A stretch of 57,027 nucleotides of DNA, the filler included, from Jimgerdemannia flammicorona (Eukaryota), in NCBI GenBank assembly GCA_003990765.1. It is 2 parts of 2 records of this genome, joined end to end, with 100 filler letters (N's around TTAATTAATTAA, not from the genome) between each part and the next. Parts side by side here need not be neighbours in the genome. Positions count along the whole stretch, not along the records: positions 1 to 28,464 come from RBNJ01000558.1; 1 more part is not named here. The stretch is one strand, 5' to 3'. Of the stretch, positions 1 to 11,404 are shown in pieces; position 1 is the first letter of the stretch; each line of letters opens with the position of its first letter. The position numbers and the translations under genes are program-made. The notes beneath the pieces are model-generated. The model had not been told where the DNA came from. It ran no database searches and saw only the letters and a program-made list of their open reading frames with translations.

Positions 1-9
1 AAAAAAAAA

Positions 10-1110
10 GCATTCCTATAGGCACTTAGTTATCATTCCGTTGGTTTGCTCAGTAGTCTGTATCAACTGTATAGATGAAGTTTTCGATGTCGCTGTTTTT
101 TCCACTGAATGTTGGGATTTGCAAGGTCTTGGTTGGCTTGTTCTGTTCAGCAATCTGTCCTACTATCCCTGCTAGTACTGCTAGCTGGGTAGTCAGTGCT
201 GTAATGTTGGTATCTACCATTGTGTTGACTATTGGTAGTGGGTCTGTTGGGGTAGATTCTCCTGAAGATTCTTCTGCTTAGTGGGGTTGTGGTGCTGTAT
301 GCCTTGGGGTTACTTGATTTCCAGATATCAAGTCAAAGAGTCCTGTGAGAGAGGATAAACCAAACCTCTGTATAGGTGGCTGAGTTGGTTCTGGGGTCTG
401 ATCTTCTTGACCTGTGGTTCCTTGGTAAATTTCTAGGCCTGCTGTTCCTAGTTGGCTATTGTCAGACTGGTAACCTGTAGAGTCTTCATCTGACTCCCTT
501 TTCTGATGAGATAGTGTGTCCTCATACTGGCTAGGTCCTTCAAAGAGGATATCAGTCTCTGGCTGGGTAGATGGGCCTGCTCCTTGTTCAGCAGTAGGAG
601 ATGGTTGGCCTGCTAGCTCATTCTCATATCTAGTTATGGCAGAGGTGTAGTATACAACTAGTCTGTAGTAGAGGGAGGTCTTGGTAGGGGTATGATGATA
701 TCTGTCAGAGGCAATCCACTCAGCAGCTGCTTCTCTTGCAGCAGGGGGTGTGATATAATCTAGAAAATCCTGGGTGGCTGCAGCAGTAGATTCTGGAGTC
801 CTAGTGGTTCCAATGTGTCCTCGGAGGAGTTTGTAGAACCTATGGTGGCTAACAATATTCCTAAGTCCTAAGTGGTATGTCCTAAAGGCCTGGTATAGAT
901 CCTTGTAAGCCTGGTCAATTATAAGCTGGTGGGTCCTAGGGTCTGTGGTTTCTTGATACCACCTGGTCCTAATGGTAAGGGCTTCTCTGGCTCTGGTTTG
1001 AGGATCTACAGTTGTTTCTGAGGGTTACTTCTGTCCAAGGTTGGTCTTGTTTCAACTTCAGGAGTATGTTCTTTGGTGTCTTCTTGGCTAGTAATCTGCT
1101 GCTACCAAGT
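10..1110 (-). mobile_element. Family-1 Ty3/Gypsy element, upstream tandem copy: PBS, leader frame and gag 5' part (truncated)
   Basis: Near-identical to 8233-9334. PBS complement ctgctacca at 1099-1107 lies next to the LTR. Gag ATG (MVDTNI) at 220. Confidence 0.9.
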
Positions 1111-1877
1111 TGTAATAACTCTCACTTCTACCCCTCTCTTATCCTTTGGATAATTAGGGAAGTGGACTATTACTTAGGGACTTAGTACACAATGTGTACC
1201 AAGAAGCCTTCAGTTTGAGGAAGTGCTTGCTTATAAGTAGTTGTAGCAGCAGTGCCTTCTATTTCAAAGGTCTTGTTCTTTGCTATACACAGACTGAATT
1301 TGCCTTAGAATTCAGGTTCAATGAGTTTACTTAAGTCTTTGAGGATTTATATACTGGTCTCAGTTCTGGCAGAAGTTAGCTAGGCTTCTGGAGTTTAGTC
1401 AGAAACACTAGAGTCACTTAGATATTATTACTAAGACTCAGGGGAATGTGTGTATGGAGGGAGGACTTGATTCTTGTATCAAGAACTGAACTAAAACTGC
1501 TTTATTTCAGATGGAAACTGGGGGGTATTTATACAAGTTGGTCTATGATTTCTGACTAAGTATGAGTGACTAATTTGGTAACTATAATGAGGTTTGTGAT
1601 TGCGACCTTTGTCAGGTGGTTTTTGGCAAAAAACAACTTTGTGATCAGGATCTCAATTACTAGGCAATGATCAGCTACTGTAGTAACAGTTGCTGTGGCG
1701 TTGATTGTTGGGGATAAGCTGGATATCGTTTTTTGTGTCATTTTCACATCATTCGTTCATTTGTCACTTGCTACTCATATGTTATGCTTTTTTCATATGA
1801 TGACGTCATTGCTTCCAGGTCACATGATCACTTGTCTCATCACGTTCCATCTGTTCATGCTCTTTCATTCTATTACA
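1111..1877 (-). repeat. Family-1 LTR shared by two tandem elements
   Basis: TGTAAT...ATTACA termini; matches 9335-10079 and 40918-41692. PPT (AGGGGGAAAGAA on -) on one side, PBS on the other. Confidence 0.93.
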
Positions 1878-1888
1878 TTCTTTCCCCC

Positions 1889-2731
1889 TTAGAAATCAAT
1901 GTCCTCATTGATTTGGAAATTAAGAACCAGGGGAGAGAAAGGTGGAGAATCTTCCTCAGGATTGTTGCCATCTTCTTTAGTGGCAGGGAGGGTGGTTGCT
2001 GATGGCTCGCTGTCTAGGATGGAGAAGTCAATGAGGTCTGCAAATGGTTCTTACATGGGGATGGGTGCTGGTATAGGGGTTCTCCATCTGATGCAGTTGG
2101 GGCCATCCAAGTAGGGTTCTTGGTCCTTATGCCTGGGGATATCCATTCAGATTGGGGGTCCTTCCAAGAGGTCAGAGAGACCTTGGAGCCATTGGTCTGA
2201 GTTATCATTCAAGAGGGGGCTCTAGTGAGGCTCGATGTCAGTAGACTTGAGGGCAATCCAGAAGTTGGCTTCTTGGGTAACCTTGACTTCCAGGGCATCA
2301 ACCTTGGGGAAAGAGAGGTTCTGGAAGTCCTTCAGTTATATGTAGTTGAGATTGGGGATCACAAAGGGTGCATGGTGCATGATTTAGTGGACCTTCTTGG
2401 CAAGTCTTTGCTAGTACCTGTCTAGGTGAGTCTAGTCAGAGACCTGGTCAGTGGGTAGGCCATTTGTATGTTGGAGAAGCTGGTGACTGATTTCATATTC
2501 ATGCCAGATTTCTAGGTGGCTGGTAGCAAGGTAGGCCCTTTTGATAAGTTTATGGTGGTCAAGAACATACTATCCTAGGTCTGGGCTGGAGAGGTTAAGG
2601 GCCTCTGAGTGGTGGTTCCTTCCTTAGATAGCAACCTGGATGTGTCCAAAGAGGCAGTCAACCTGGCTTGGGAGGGGCTGGCTATGGTGGGCAGTTTGGT
2701 GGTAGGTAGCTTGGCTGCAGGTAGTAGGCAT
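1889..2731 (-). pseudogene. Accessory ORF3 of family 1 (~280 aa, unknown function)
   Basis: One frame of 281 codons from ATG 2731 to a TAA abutting the PPT. Internal stops are mostly single C>T/G>A changes; the second copy (41704-42528) keeps the frame. Confidence 0.75.
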
Positions 2732-2795
2732 TCTTGTCTTATCTTTTCTTTGTGAGGAGAGGGGGATGAGGGTTGCAGAGTATTCTTACCTTGGG

Positions 2796-2803
2796 TATTT
2801 ATA
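2796..2803 (-). promoter_or_regulatory. Internal TATA box upstream of ORF3
   Basis: GTATAAATACCC ~65 nt upstream of the ORF3 ATG; same core as the LTR TATA; TATAAATA conserved at 42593-42600. Confidence 0.6.
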
Positions 2804-3363
2804 CTTATTCACCCATCTGGTGTGACCTTCCTTTGGTCATGCTTTTCAGCAAAATGTATGATATGTTGCTGTAAGTGGGGCATGTGCTGGCCACATAAGA
2901 AAATCCTGATTTCAAAGATATTGTCACTTGTAGTTGTGGTTACACAGGGTTAACAGGTCTTGGTCCACTTTTTTTTTGTCTGGTTGGTGCATTTGCGAGA
3001 ACTGGCCATCCTTGTCTAGGGCAAGGGCTCTCATTGTTATGGCTGGGGTTTCAAACCTCTCAGAAATATAATTTGAGGCAATTCCTAGTAACAATATCTA
3101 TCACATGGATAGACTTAGACTGGTTTCGACATTGTCAGCTTTCCTAAGTTTCATATGAAGCATCCATCATCATCCAGTGGAGATGATACAGATAGCATGA
3201 AATGGAGCTGTTCAAATGTGTTTTGCTGTACTGTACTAGATTGTCCTTTGCTCGAGTATCTCCTTATTGATTATCCATAGTGTTTCTTTTTTCTGCAATG
3301 TTCAGTATTATATGTTTGAGATAAGATATGTAGTATCTTTCTGCTCACTAGGTGCTCCAATAT

Positions 3364-6300
3364 TTAGAGCTGCAGTTCCTTCCTTTGGTAGGGAGTGAGT
3401 GTTTCCATATAGTCCTGAAGGACTTCACATACATTCTTCAGGGCTTCTTCTTTTTTCCAGGTGGTGTCATGGGTGGAGTAACCCTTCTACTTGATCAGGA
3501 AAAACCGCTTGACTGTTTTGGGATATTTGCAGACCTTGTGGTCAAGTACTTTCTCAATTTCAAATTCCTCATGATCATTGATCCTAATTGGGAGTAGTGG
3601 TGGAACTGTATGCTTGGGGAATGAGTTCTCATAGTAGTCCACCAATTGGCTGATATGGAATACTGGGTGTACTTGGATATTGTAGGGAAGTTGCAACTTG
3701 TAGTTGACTTTACTGATTTTTTCCACAATCTTGTATGGTCCAATTCTTCTAGCATGAAGTTTCTTGGCTGATTGTTGTGCTAGGGTGTCTAGGTGAAGGT
3801 GGTCTGTTCTAAGCATAACTATATTACCAATATTGTAAGAGACTTCTCTTCGCTTCAGGTTCGTATACTTGGTCTGATAGTCTTGTGCTTCTATGAGAGC
3901 ATTTCTTGTTATTCAGGTAAGGTCAGAAATGGTCTTGGCCAGGTCTTGGGCTGCTGGGACTGCTGATTTTGCAGTAGTGCTTAGGGTCCTTGGGTATTGA
4001 CTATGGTTCAGGAAGAATGGAGTCTTCTTCATGGAGGTTTGCTGACTGTTGTTGTAGGCAAACTCAGTATGGGCTAGGTACTTGTCCCAATCATTTTGCT
4101 TATAACAGTAGAAGATACTAAGCATCTGTTTGAGAGTCCTGTTGGTTCGCTTGGTTTGACCATCAGTTTGAGGGTGGTAGGCAGTAGAGAACTTCAGCTT
4201 GGTTCCATGGAGAGAGAAAAATGCCTTCCAGAAGTTGCTTGTGAACTTGGCATCTTGGTCAGATACAATAGTACTAGACATGCCATGTAGCCTGAATACT
4301 TAGTTGAGGAAAATCTCAGTAATCTCTGGTGCTATCGCAGTGGTCTTAGTGGGTATAAAGTGGGCTTGTTTACTTAGGCGGTCCACAAATACCATAATGG
4401 CATCCCATCCTGCCTAGGTCTTGAGGAGTTGGACAATGAAGTCTATTGCAATCTGATCCCAGTTGTGACTTGGGATAGGTAGTGGTTGTAGGAGTCCTGC
4501 TGGTAGCTTGTTACCACTTTTGAACCTTTGGCACATCTCGCAAGAGACCACAAAGTCTTTGATGTCTTTGGTCATCTTTGGCCAGTAGAACTCTCTTGAG
4601 AGGAGATTGTAGGTCTTTTCAAAACCAAAGTGTCCTGCTGCAGGAGTATCATGGAGTTCCTGCATGATCTTGAGTCACAGAGTATCATTGTTGAGTACAA
4701 CTACTCTGTCATGGTCCCTGTAGATAAGTCCATCATGGTAAGTGAATCTCTTAGACATTTGCCTCATGGGTTCTGGGACCTCGGCCTCTGGGTCTTGGCA
4801 GCATTGAAGGAAATTTGTCAGGGGGCTGTCTTGCTGATAGCCTTCCTTGATCATCTGGGTGAGGTCTCCAATTACTTCAACTATGAAGACAAGTTCATCT
4901 TCCATATAGTATGGGCTGTGTGTGAATATACTGCAATGCATGGTGATCAGTGTAGGCCACAAATAGCTGTCCTAGGAAGAAATGGCACCATTCCTGGAGT
5001 GCAGTGACAATAGCCAGGAGTTCCTTCTCATGGGTGGTATACTGGGTCTCAGCTGGCTTGAGCTTTTGGGAAAGATAGGCCACTGGGCAGTCTTCTTGGC
5101 TGAGTACTGTTCTAATAGCAATGTCAGAGGCATTCGTGGTCAGAGTGAATGGCCTGATAGGGTCAGGTGCAATTAGCACTGAGGCCTCAGTGAGGAGTCT
5201 CTTGAGATGGTCCATAGCCAGGGTACATTCAGGGGTCCATTCAGTTTTGATGTTCACTCCTTTGTGGGCCAGACTGGTCAGTAGGGCTATAATAGCAGAG
5301 TATCCTTGAATAAACCTTTGGTAATAACTAGCAATACCCAGAAAGTACTAGAGTAGCTTGAGAGTAGTGGGGATAGAAATATCCTTGAGGGCTGATACCT
5401 TTCGGGGGTCTACATTGATTCCTTCAGCAGAGATGATATATCCTAGATACTCAATCTGGTCTTAGTAGAACTTGTATTTGCTTATCTTGGCATAGAGCTG
5501 GTGTTCTCGCAGAAGGGTCAGTACTTGTCTGAGGTGGGTGTAGTGTAGCTCTACTGTCTCACTGTAGATTAGTATATCATCAATATACACAAGGACACAG
5601 ATATTGAGAAGTGGTCCAAAGATGTCATTCATCAGATACTGGAATGTTGCTGGTGTATTGGTCAAACCAAAAGGCATGACTCGGAACTGGTAGTGTCCAA
5701 ACCATGTTCAGAAAGCTGTCTTCTCAATGTCCTTCTCATCAATGAGAATCTAGTAGTAGCCATTTCGCAAGTCTAGTAGGGAAAAGATCTTGGCGTTGAA
5801 GATTTGGTATAGTAACTGGCAAGGCATACCAGTTCTTGATGGTGATCTTGTTGAGGGCTCTGTAGTCAATATACATTTGCAGAGAGCCATCCTTCTTCTT
5901 GACAAATAGAATAGGGGCTCCAAATGGAGAGCAACTGGGTTCAATATATCCTTGGGTCAGTAGTTTGGTCAATTCATCTTTGAGGATCTTGAGCTCAGGT
6001 TGGGCCAGTTGATAGATACTCTTGTATGGGGGTTCAGATCCTGGAATAAGATCAATTCCATGTTGGATTTGGCACTTGGGTGGAAGTCCTTGGGGGTCTT
6101 GGAATATATCTTGGAATTCTTCAAACAGTTCTTGAGCTTCTGTTGGAATTGGGCTACTTGTAGCTTCAGTGACTTCTTGTACTATATAGATGAAGTAGGT
6201 ATTTCTCTTTTTTTGAGAGAGTCTCTTCATTTGAATGATAGAGATGATTTCAATTCCCTGGTAGTTGGTACCTTCCTGGGGTGTCAGAGTGATCTTTCTG

Positions 6301-8444
6301 CCTTCATGGGTCAGATTAACCTCGTTGGTTCTCCAGTTGATGTCTGGGTTGTGCTGGGTCAACCAGGCTTTTCCTAGGATGATGTCCTGTCCTGGGAGGT
6401 CTACAATGTTGAAGTCCAACTTCTCTTGATATTTGCCAATCTTGAGTAAGAGATCTTCACAGATCTTGGTCAGTGGTGCAGTCTTGCTATCACCAAAGAT
6501 AACACTTCTTCTTTCAGTAGCTGGTCTGCTTTGGGCTCCAATCCTCTTGGCAGTCTTGGTGCTGATGTAGTTTCTAGTAGCATCACTATCAAGCAAGACA
6601 TTGACATTCTGTCTGTGGATTTGGCCTGTGAACTTGATGCAACTGTCCTCCTTCTTAATGGTGTTGAGCTCTTCATCCTTATTGTTGTTGTCCCAATTGC
6701 TGTCAGTCTCCTCAAAGTCAGTTTCTCCCCATCCTTCACAAGGAGAGTTGTCTTGTTGGAGTTCCTCAGTCTGTTGGACTTAGTTTCTTTCAGAATTGAT
6801 TTTGAAATTCCTGAAGAAGCATGCATGGCATTCACTAACATGTTCCATACAGTATATTCGAATAGAATGAGGGTATTGTCCACATGGTACATAACCATCT
6901 GCAATTCTCTTATACCAGTTTTCATCATCTTCCTTCATGGTAGTGACCTTTTGACTGAGAGATTTGTTGGTTGATCCAAACCCTTCCTTGCCACAGTCTG
7001 TCTGGGAGAGTTCAGGGACTTCTTCAATGGTGAGATCTTGACAGATTTCTTCAATGATTGCTTGGGCAATCCTTTGGCCTGTTTTGACTTCAAATGATGT
7101 GTCTTCAAAATTTCGCAAGATAATGTGGATTTCACCAGTAAATCCTTGATCAACTACTCCTCCTCCTAGCCCAATGTTGAACTCTTTGGCTAGGCTGCTT
7201 TGCTCAGCAAGGTGGATGTATGTTCCTTTGGGAGCTTGTATTGCAATTTCTGTTTGCACTGTAGCATTGGTACTTGGTGGAATGGTGAGGTCTTGACTAC
7301 TGTAGAGGTCATAACCAGTATCAGTTAGGTGGGCCTTAGTGGGGATGGTAGCCTTGTACTATATCTTCTGTACTTTGATGACATTCTCAGAGTTCTTCTT
7401 TCCTGGACCTTCTCCAATGACAGTAATGTTCTGGTTACTGGGTTCACCTGATCTGTTTCTCTTCTCTGGGCATTTGACTGAGATGTGTCCTGCCTTCCTG
7501 CAGATGAAGTACAATATCTTTTCGCGGAGCTGCTTCTTTTCATCCTCAGTGGGAGGTCTGGGTCCTCTGGGGTTTTGCTGGTTCCTTTGATCATTCCTTT
7601 GATCATATCTTTGGTCATTCCTTTGATCATTTCTCCTGGTAGGATTTCTCCTATCTTGGTTATCCTTCTTGTGTTCTCGATTTCATGAGGCTTGTATAGC
7701 AAGGATTTCACAGGCTCTTCTTTGTACTTGGGCAAAACACCATGAATAGTGGGGACATTCTTGGGGAAGATCTTGTTTCTTGATCTTCTGGGTAAGCTAG
7801 TCTGGTAGGGCTGCAAAGAGATAGTTGGCTCTGGTACCATTGATGGCCAAATTGTTCTCCTGATAGGTAAGTCCAATGGTTTTGAGATAGGCATCCATTC
7901 TGGTAGCAAAGGTCTCTAGATCCTCTTTGCCATTCTTGTGGAACTTCATCTGGGACAGTTTGTTCTAAGTTTCTTGTATATAGGCCACATTTCAGAATTT
8001 AGTCAGTAGCAAGGCCTTGAGTCCTGGGCCTGCTTCATAGTTATCCCAACCTGGTCTATTATTGGTAGGTGCTTGTCCATTGACTTGAGGGTGGTTTTCC
8101 CAGATTACTGGATGTTGTTCCAAGGTTTGCCAGAATTTGGCTGCTGTTCCAGTGAAGAATATGGCTACTGTTTCTTCCTGTGCTGCTGATGTGGCAAACA
8201 GCTGTTGGAGGGTACTATTCTGGTTGTTGGTGAGCATTCCTATAGGTACTCAGTTGTCATTCCATTGGTTTGCTTAGTAGCCTGTGTCAACTACATTGAT
8301 GAAGTTTTCGATGTCACTGTTTTTTTTACTGAATGTTGGGATTCACAGAGTCTTGGTTGGTTTGTTCTATTCAGCAATCTGTCCTACTATCCCTGTTAGT
8401 GCTGCTAGCTGGGTAGTCAGTGCTGCAATGTTTGTATCTACTAT
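3364..8444 (-). pseudogene. gag-dUTPase-pol polyprotein pseudogene (family 1)
   Basis: Zinc knuckle (Y)FICRKAGHISVKC near 7470-7510; dUTPase ~6975-7340 (GGGVVDQGFTGEI, QRIAQ, GFGST); RT, RH, IN, chromodomain EEFEIEKVLDH. Many stops; ~108 bp RH deletion near 4905 relative to the 44700 copy. Confidence 0.92.
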
Positions 8445-9334
8445 TGTGTTGACTATTGGTAGTGGGCCTGTTGGGGTAGATTCTCCTAAAGATTGTTCTG
8501 CTTGGTGGGGTTGTGGTGCTGTATGACTTGGGGTTACTTGATTCCCAGATATCAAGTCAAAGAGTCCTGTGAGAGAGGGTAAACTGAACCTCTGTATAGG
8601 TGGCTGGGTTGGTTCTGGGGTCTGATCTTCTTGACCTATGGTTCCTTGATAAATTTCTAGGCCTGCTGTTCCTTGTTGGCTATCATCAGACTGGTAACCT
8701 ATAGAGTCTTCGTCTGACTCCCTTTCCTGATGAGATAGTGCATCCTCGTACTGGCTAGGTCCTTCAAAGAGGATATCAGTCTCTGGCTGAGTAGATGGGT
8801 CTGCTTCTTGTTCAGCAGTAGGAGATGGTTGGCCTGCTTGCTCATTCTCGTACCTGGTAATGGCAGAGGCATAGTATACAACTAGCCTGTCGTAGAGGGA
8901 GGTCTTGATAGAGGTATGATGATATCTGTCAGAGGCAATCCACTTGGCAGCTGCTTCTCTTACAGCAGGGGGTGTAATATAATCTAAAAAATCCTGGATG
9001 GCTATAGCAGTAGATTCTGGGGTCTTAGTGGTTCCAATGTATCCTTGGAGGAGTTCATAGAACCTATGGTGGCTAACAATATTCCTAAGTTCTGGGTGGT
9101 ATGTCCTAAAGGCCTGGTATAGATCCTTGTAAGTCTAGTCAATTACAAGCTGGTGGGTTCTTGGGTCTGTAGTTTCCTGGCACCACCTGGTCCTAATGGA
9201 AAGGGCTTCTCTGGCTCTGGTTTGAGGATCCACAGTTGATTCTGGGGGTTACTCCTGTCCAAGGTTGGTCTTGTTCCAACTTCAGGAGTATATTCTTTGG
9301 TACTTTCTTGGCTGGTAATCCACTGCTACTAAGT

Positions 9335-10079
9335 TGTAATAACTCTCACTTCTACCCCTCTCTTATCCTTTGGATAATTAGAGAAGTGGACTATTACTTA
9401 GGGACTTAGTATACAATGTGTACCAAGAAGCCTTCAGTTTGAGGAAGTACTCACTTATAAGTAGTTGTAGCAGCAGTGCCTTCTATTTCAAAGGTCTTGT
9501 TCTTTGCTGTGCACAGACTGAATTCACCTTGGAATTCAGGTTCAATGGGTTTACTTAAGTCTTTGGGGATTTATATACTGGTCTCAGTTCTGGCAGAAGT
9601 TAGCTAGGCTTCTGGAGTTTAGTCAGAAACACTAGAGTCACTTAGATGTCATTACTAAGACTCAGGAGAATGTATGTGTGGAGGGGGGACTTGATTCTTG
9701 TATCAAGGACTGAACTAAAACTGCTTTATTTTGGATGGAAACTGGGGGGTATTTATACAAGTTGGTCTGCGATTTCTGACTAAATATGAGTGACTAATTT
9801 GGTAACTATAATGAGGTTTGTGATCATGACCTTTGTCAGGTGGTTTTTGGCAAAAAACAACTTTGTGATCAGGACCTCAATTACTAGGCAATGATCAGCT
9901 GCTGTGGCAACAGTTGCTGCAGCTCCGATTGTTGGGGATAAGCTGGATATCGTTTTTTGCGTTCGTCACTCGCTATTCATATGTCGTGCTTCGTTCGTAT
10001 GATGACGTCATCGCCGCCGGGTCACGTGATCGCTCGTCTCGTCGCGTCCCATCTGTTCGCGCTCTTTCGTTCTATTACA
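9335..10079 (-). repeat. Family-1 5' LTR
   Basis: TG...CA ends, TATA at 9750-9757, ATGACGTCAT at 10002-10011, mutated PBS at 9323-9331. Confidence 0.93.
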
Positions 10080-10720
10080 ATCTGGTTCAAATCTGATTTG
10101 GATTAGTTTGTTTGAAGCACATCTATTATACTCTATAGTAAAATTTGAAATATTATTAGCAACTATATTTAATTCAACAATATCTCTAATATTACTGATA
10201 ATATCTGAATACTTTTATCTGAAGTTTTTGATAGAGATTATTATGCTCTTTTTTTTATAAGCCTCTATAATATCATTATGAATAGTATTAGCACTTGGAG
10301 TATATAAGTTAGGCTTGACAAGACCAAAGAGACTTCATAATGAAGGACTCTCAATAGCTATAAATGGTTGGGCATCATATATTATCCAGTAAATAAGTCA
10401 ATTTCAAAACTCCAGTATAGTATATGGCTGAATTGTTTTTCAGATGTGTGAGAGATATATTTTCAAATCTATATATACTAAAATAAGAGAGAGAACATCT
10501 ACTTACTACAGCTGGAATATCAATTTTACTTGGGGTTGCGAGCCCTTGGATGGAAGGGTCATCACGGATGGGATGGAAGGCAGCAGAGTTGTGTAGTGGT
10601 CTAACGTCAACGAAGCCATGGGGGAAAGAGTCAATTTATACTCCAGGCAATGTCGTCGTGCTGCAGTACGCCAATGACGGAACTTGATCCTCCATCCGAT
10701 TCGGAACCGCCGGAATCCCC
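10080..10720 (-). mobile_element. Decayed hAT-like DNA transposon 5' fragment
   Basis: Minus-strand translation of ~10240-10400, LIYWIIYDAQPFIAIESPSL*SLFGLVKPNLYTPSANTIHNDII, resembles the hAT transposase N-terminal dimerisation segment. Possible terminus GGGGATTCCGGCGGTTCCG near 10720. Confidence 0.55.
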
Positions 10721-10859
10721 ATATATATACAATTTCGACAAATGTAGTAATATATAGTCCCGGTCACGTACACACATTTTTTGTCATGACGTTTCCAATA
10801 ACTAGAAATTAGAAAAGCTATCAGCTTGCTGTGACAAAATGTGATTATACAACTAGAAA

Positions 10860-11245
10860 AGTTAAGTACATCTTATTTTTCTAATATATAATATAATATT
10901 AATAATATATCGGAATATATATTTTTAATATTTAAAAAATATATTAATATATAAATAATAAATAAAATTAGATTTAATAAATTTTATCTAAAAATAAATT
11001 ATGAATTATTATACTATAAGTTTATATAAATTATAAATATTAATTAAATTACTTGATATTTTAAAATTAATAATAACAATAGTTTACTAATTTTAAATAA
11101 TATATAATATATAAGTTACTTATAAAAATTTAATTTTTGATTTTTGATTTTGATTAATTTTTTTTCTTTTTTCTAATATTATTAAATTATAAATTTAAAA
11201 TTCTTTATAATTAACTTTATATATTATTAATGTATACATTATAGA
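10860..11245. other. Extremely AT-rich tract
   Basis: Almost only A/T over ~380 bp, upstream of CTR9. Confidence 0.8.
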
Positions 11246-11404
11246 TAGAAGACCATGTTAGATACAGAACAGAGCATTTAAGAAGTTTACTGTCCTGGAT
11301 CTAATTATAAGTAAGTTTACCAACCATCACGTTGATGACGTCAGCGGCATGAACACTTAACAGTTGAATAACATAACAACAGTTGAATCACATCATTCGC
11401 TAGT

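Larger units (their letters stand above)
1111..10079 (-). mobile_element. Full-length decayed Ty3/Gypsy chromovirus (family 1) with dUTPase and a 3' accessory ORF
   Basis: Two LTRs, PBS, PPT; fragments of gag, zinc knuckle, dUTPase, PR ([10 protein letters not shown]), RT (YIDD), RH, IN (HDTPAAGHFG...CEMCQR, SDQD, HPQTDGQTKRTN) and chromodomain. Confidence 0.95.

Noticed and set aside
7582..7632. 12-bp tandem repeats
   Set aside because: Coding low-complexity DQR(N/Y) repeats in gag; no spacers, not CRISPR-like.
10750..10770. TATAGTCCCGGTCA as a Tc1/mariner terminus
   Set aside because: No inverted partner found nearby.
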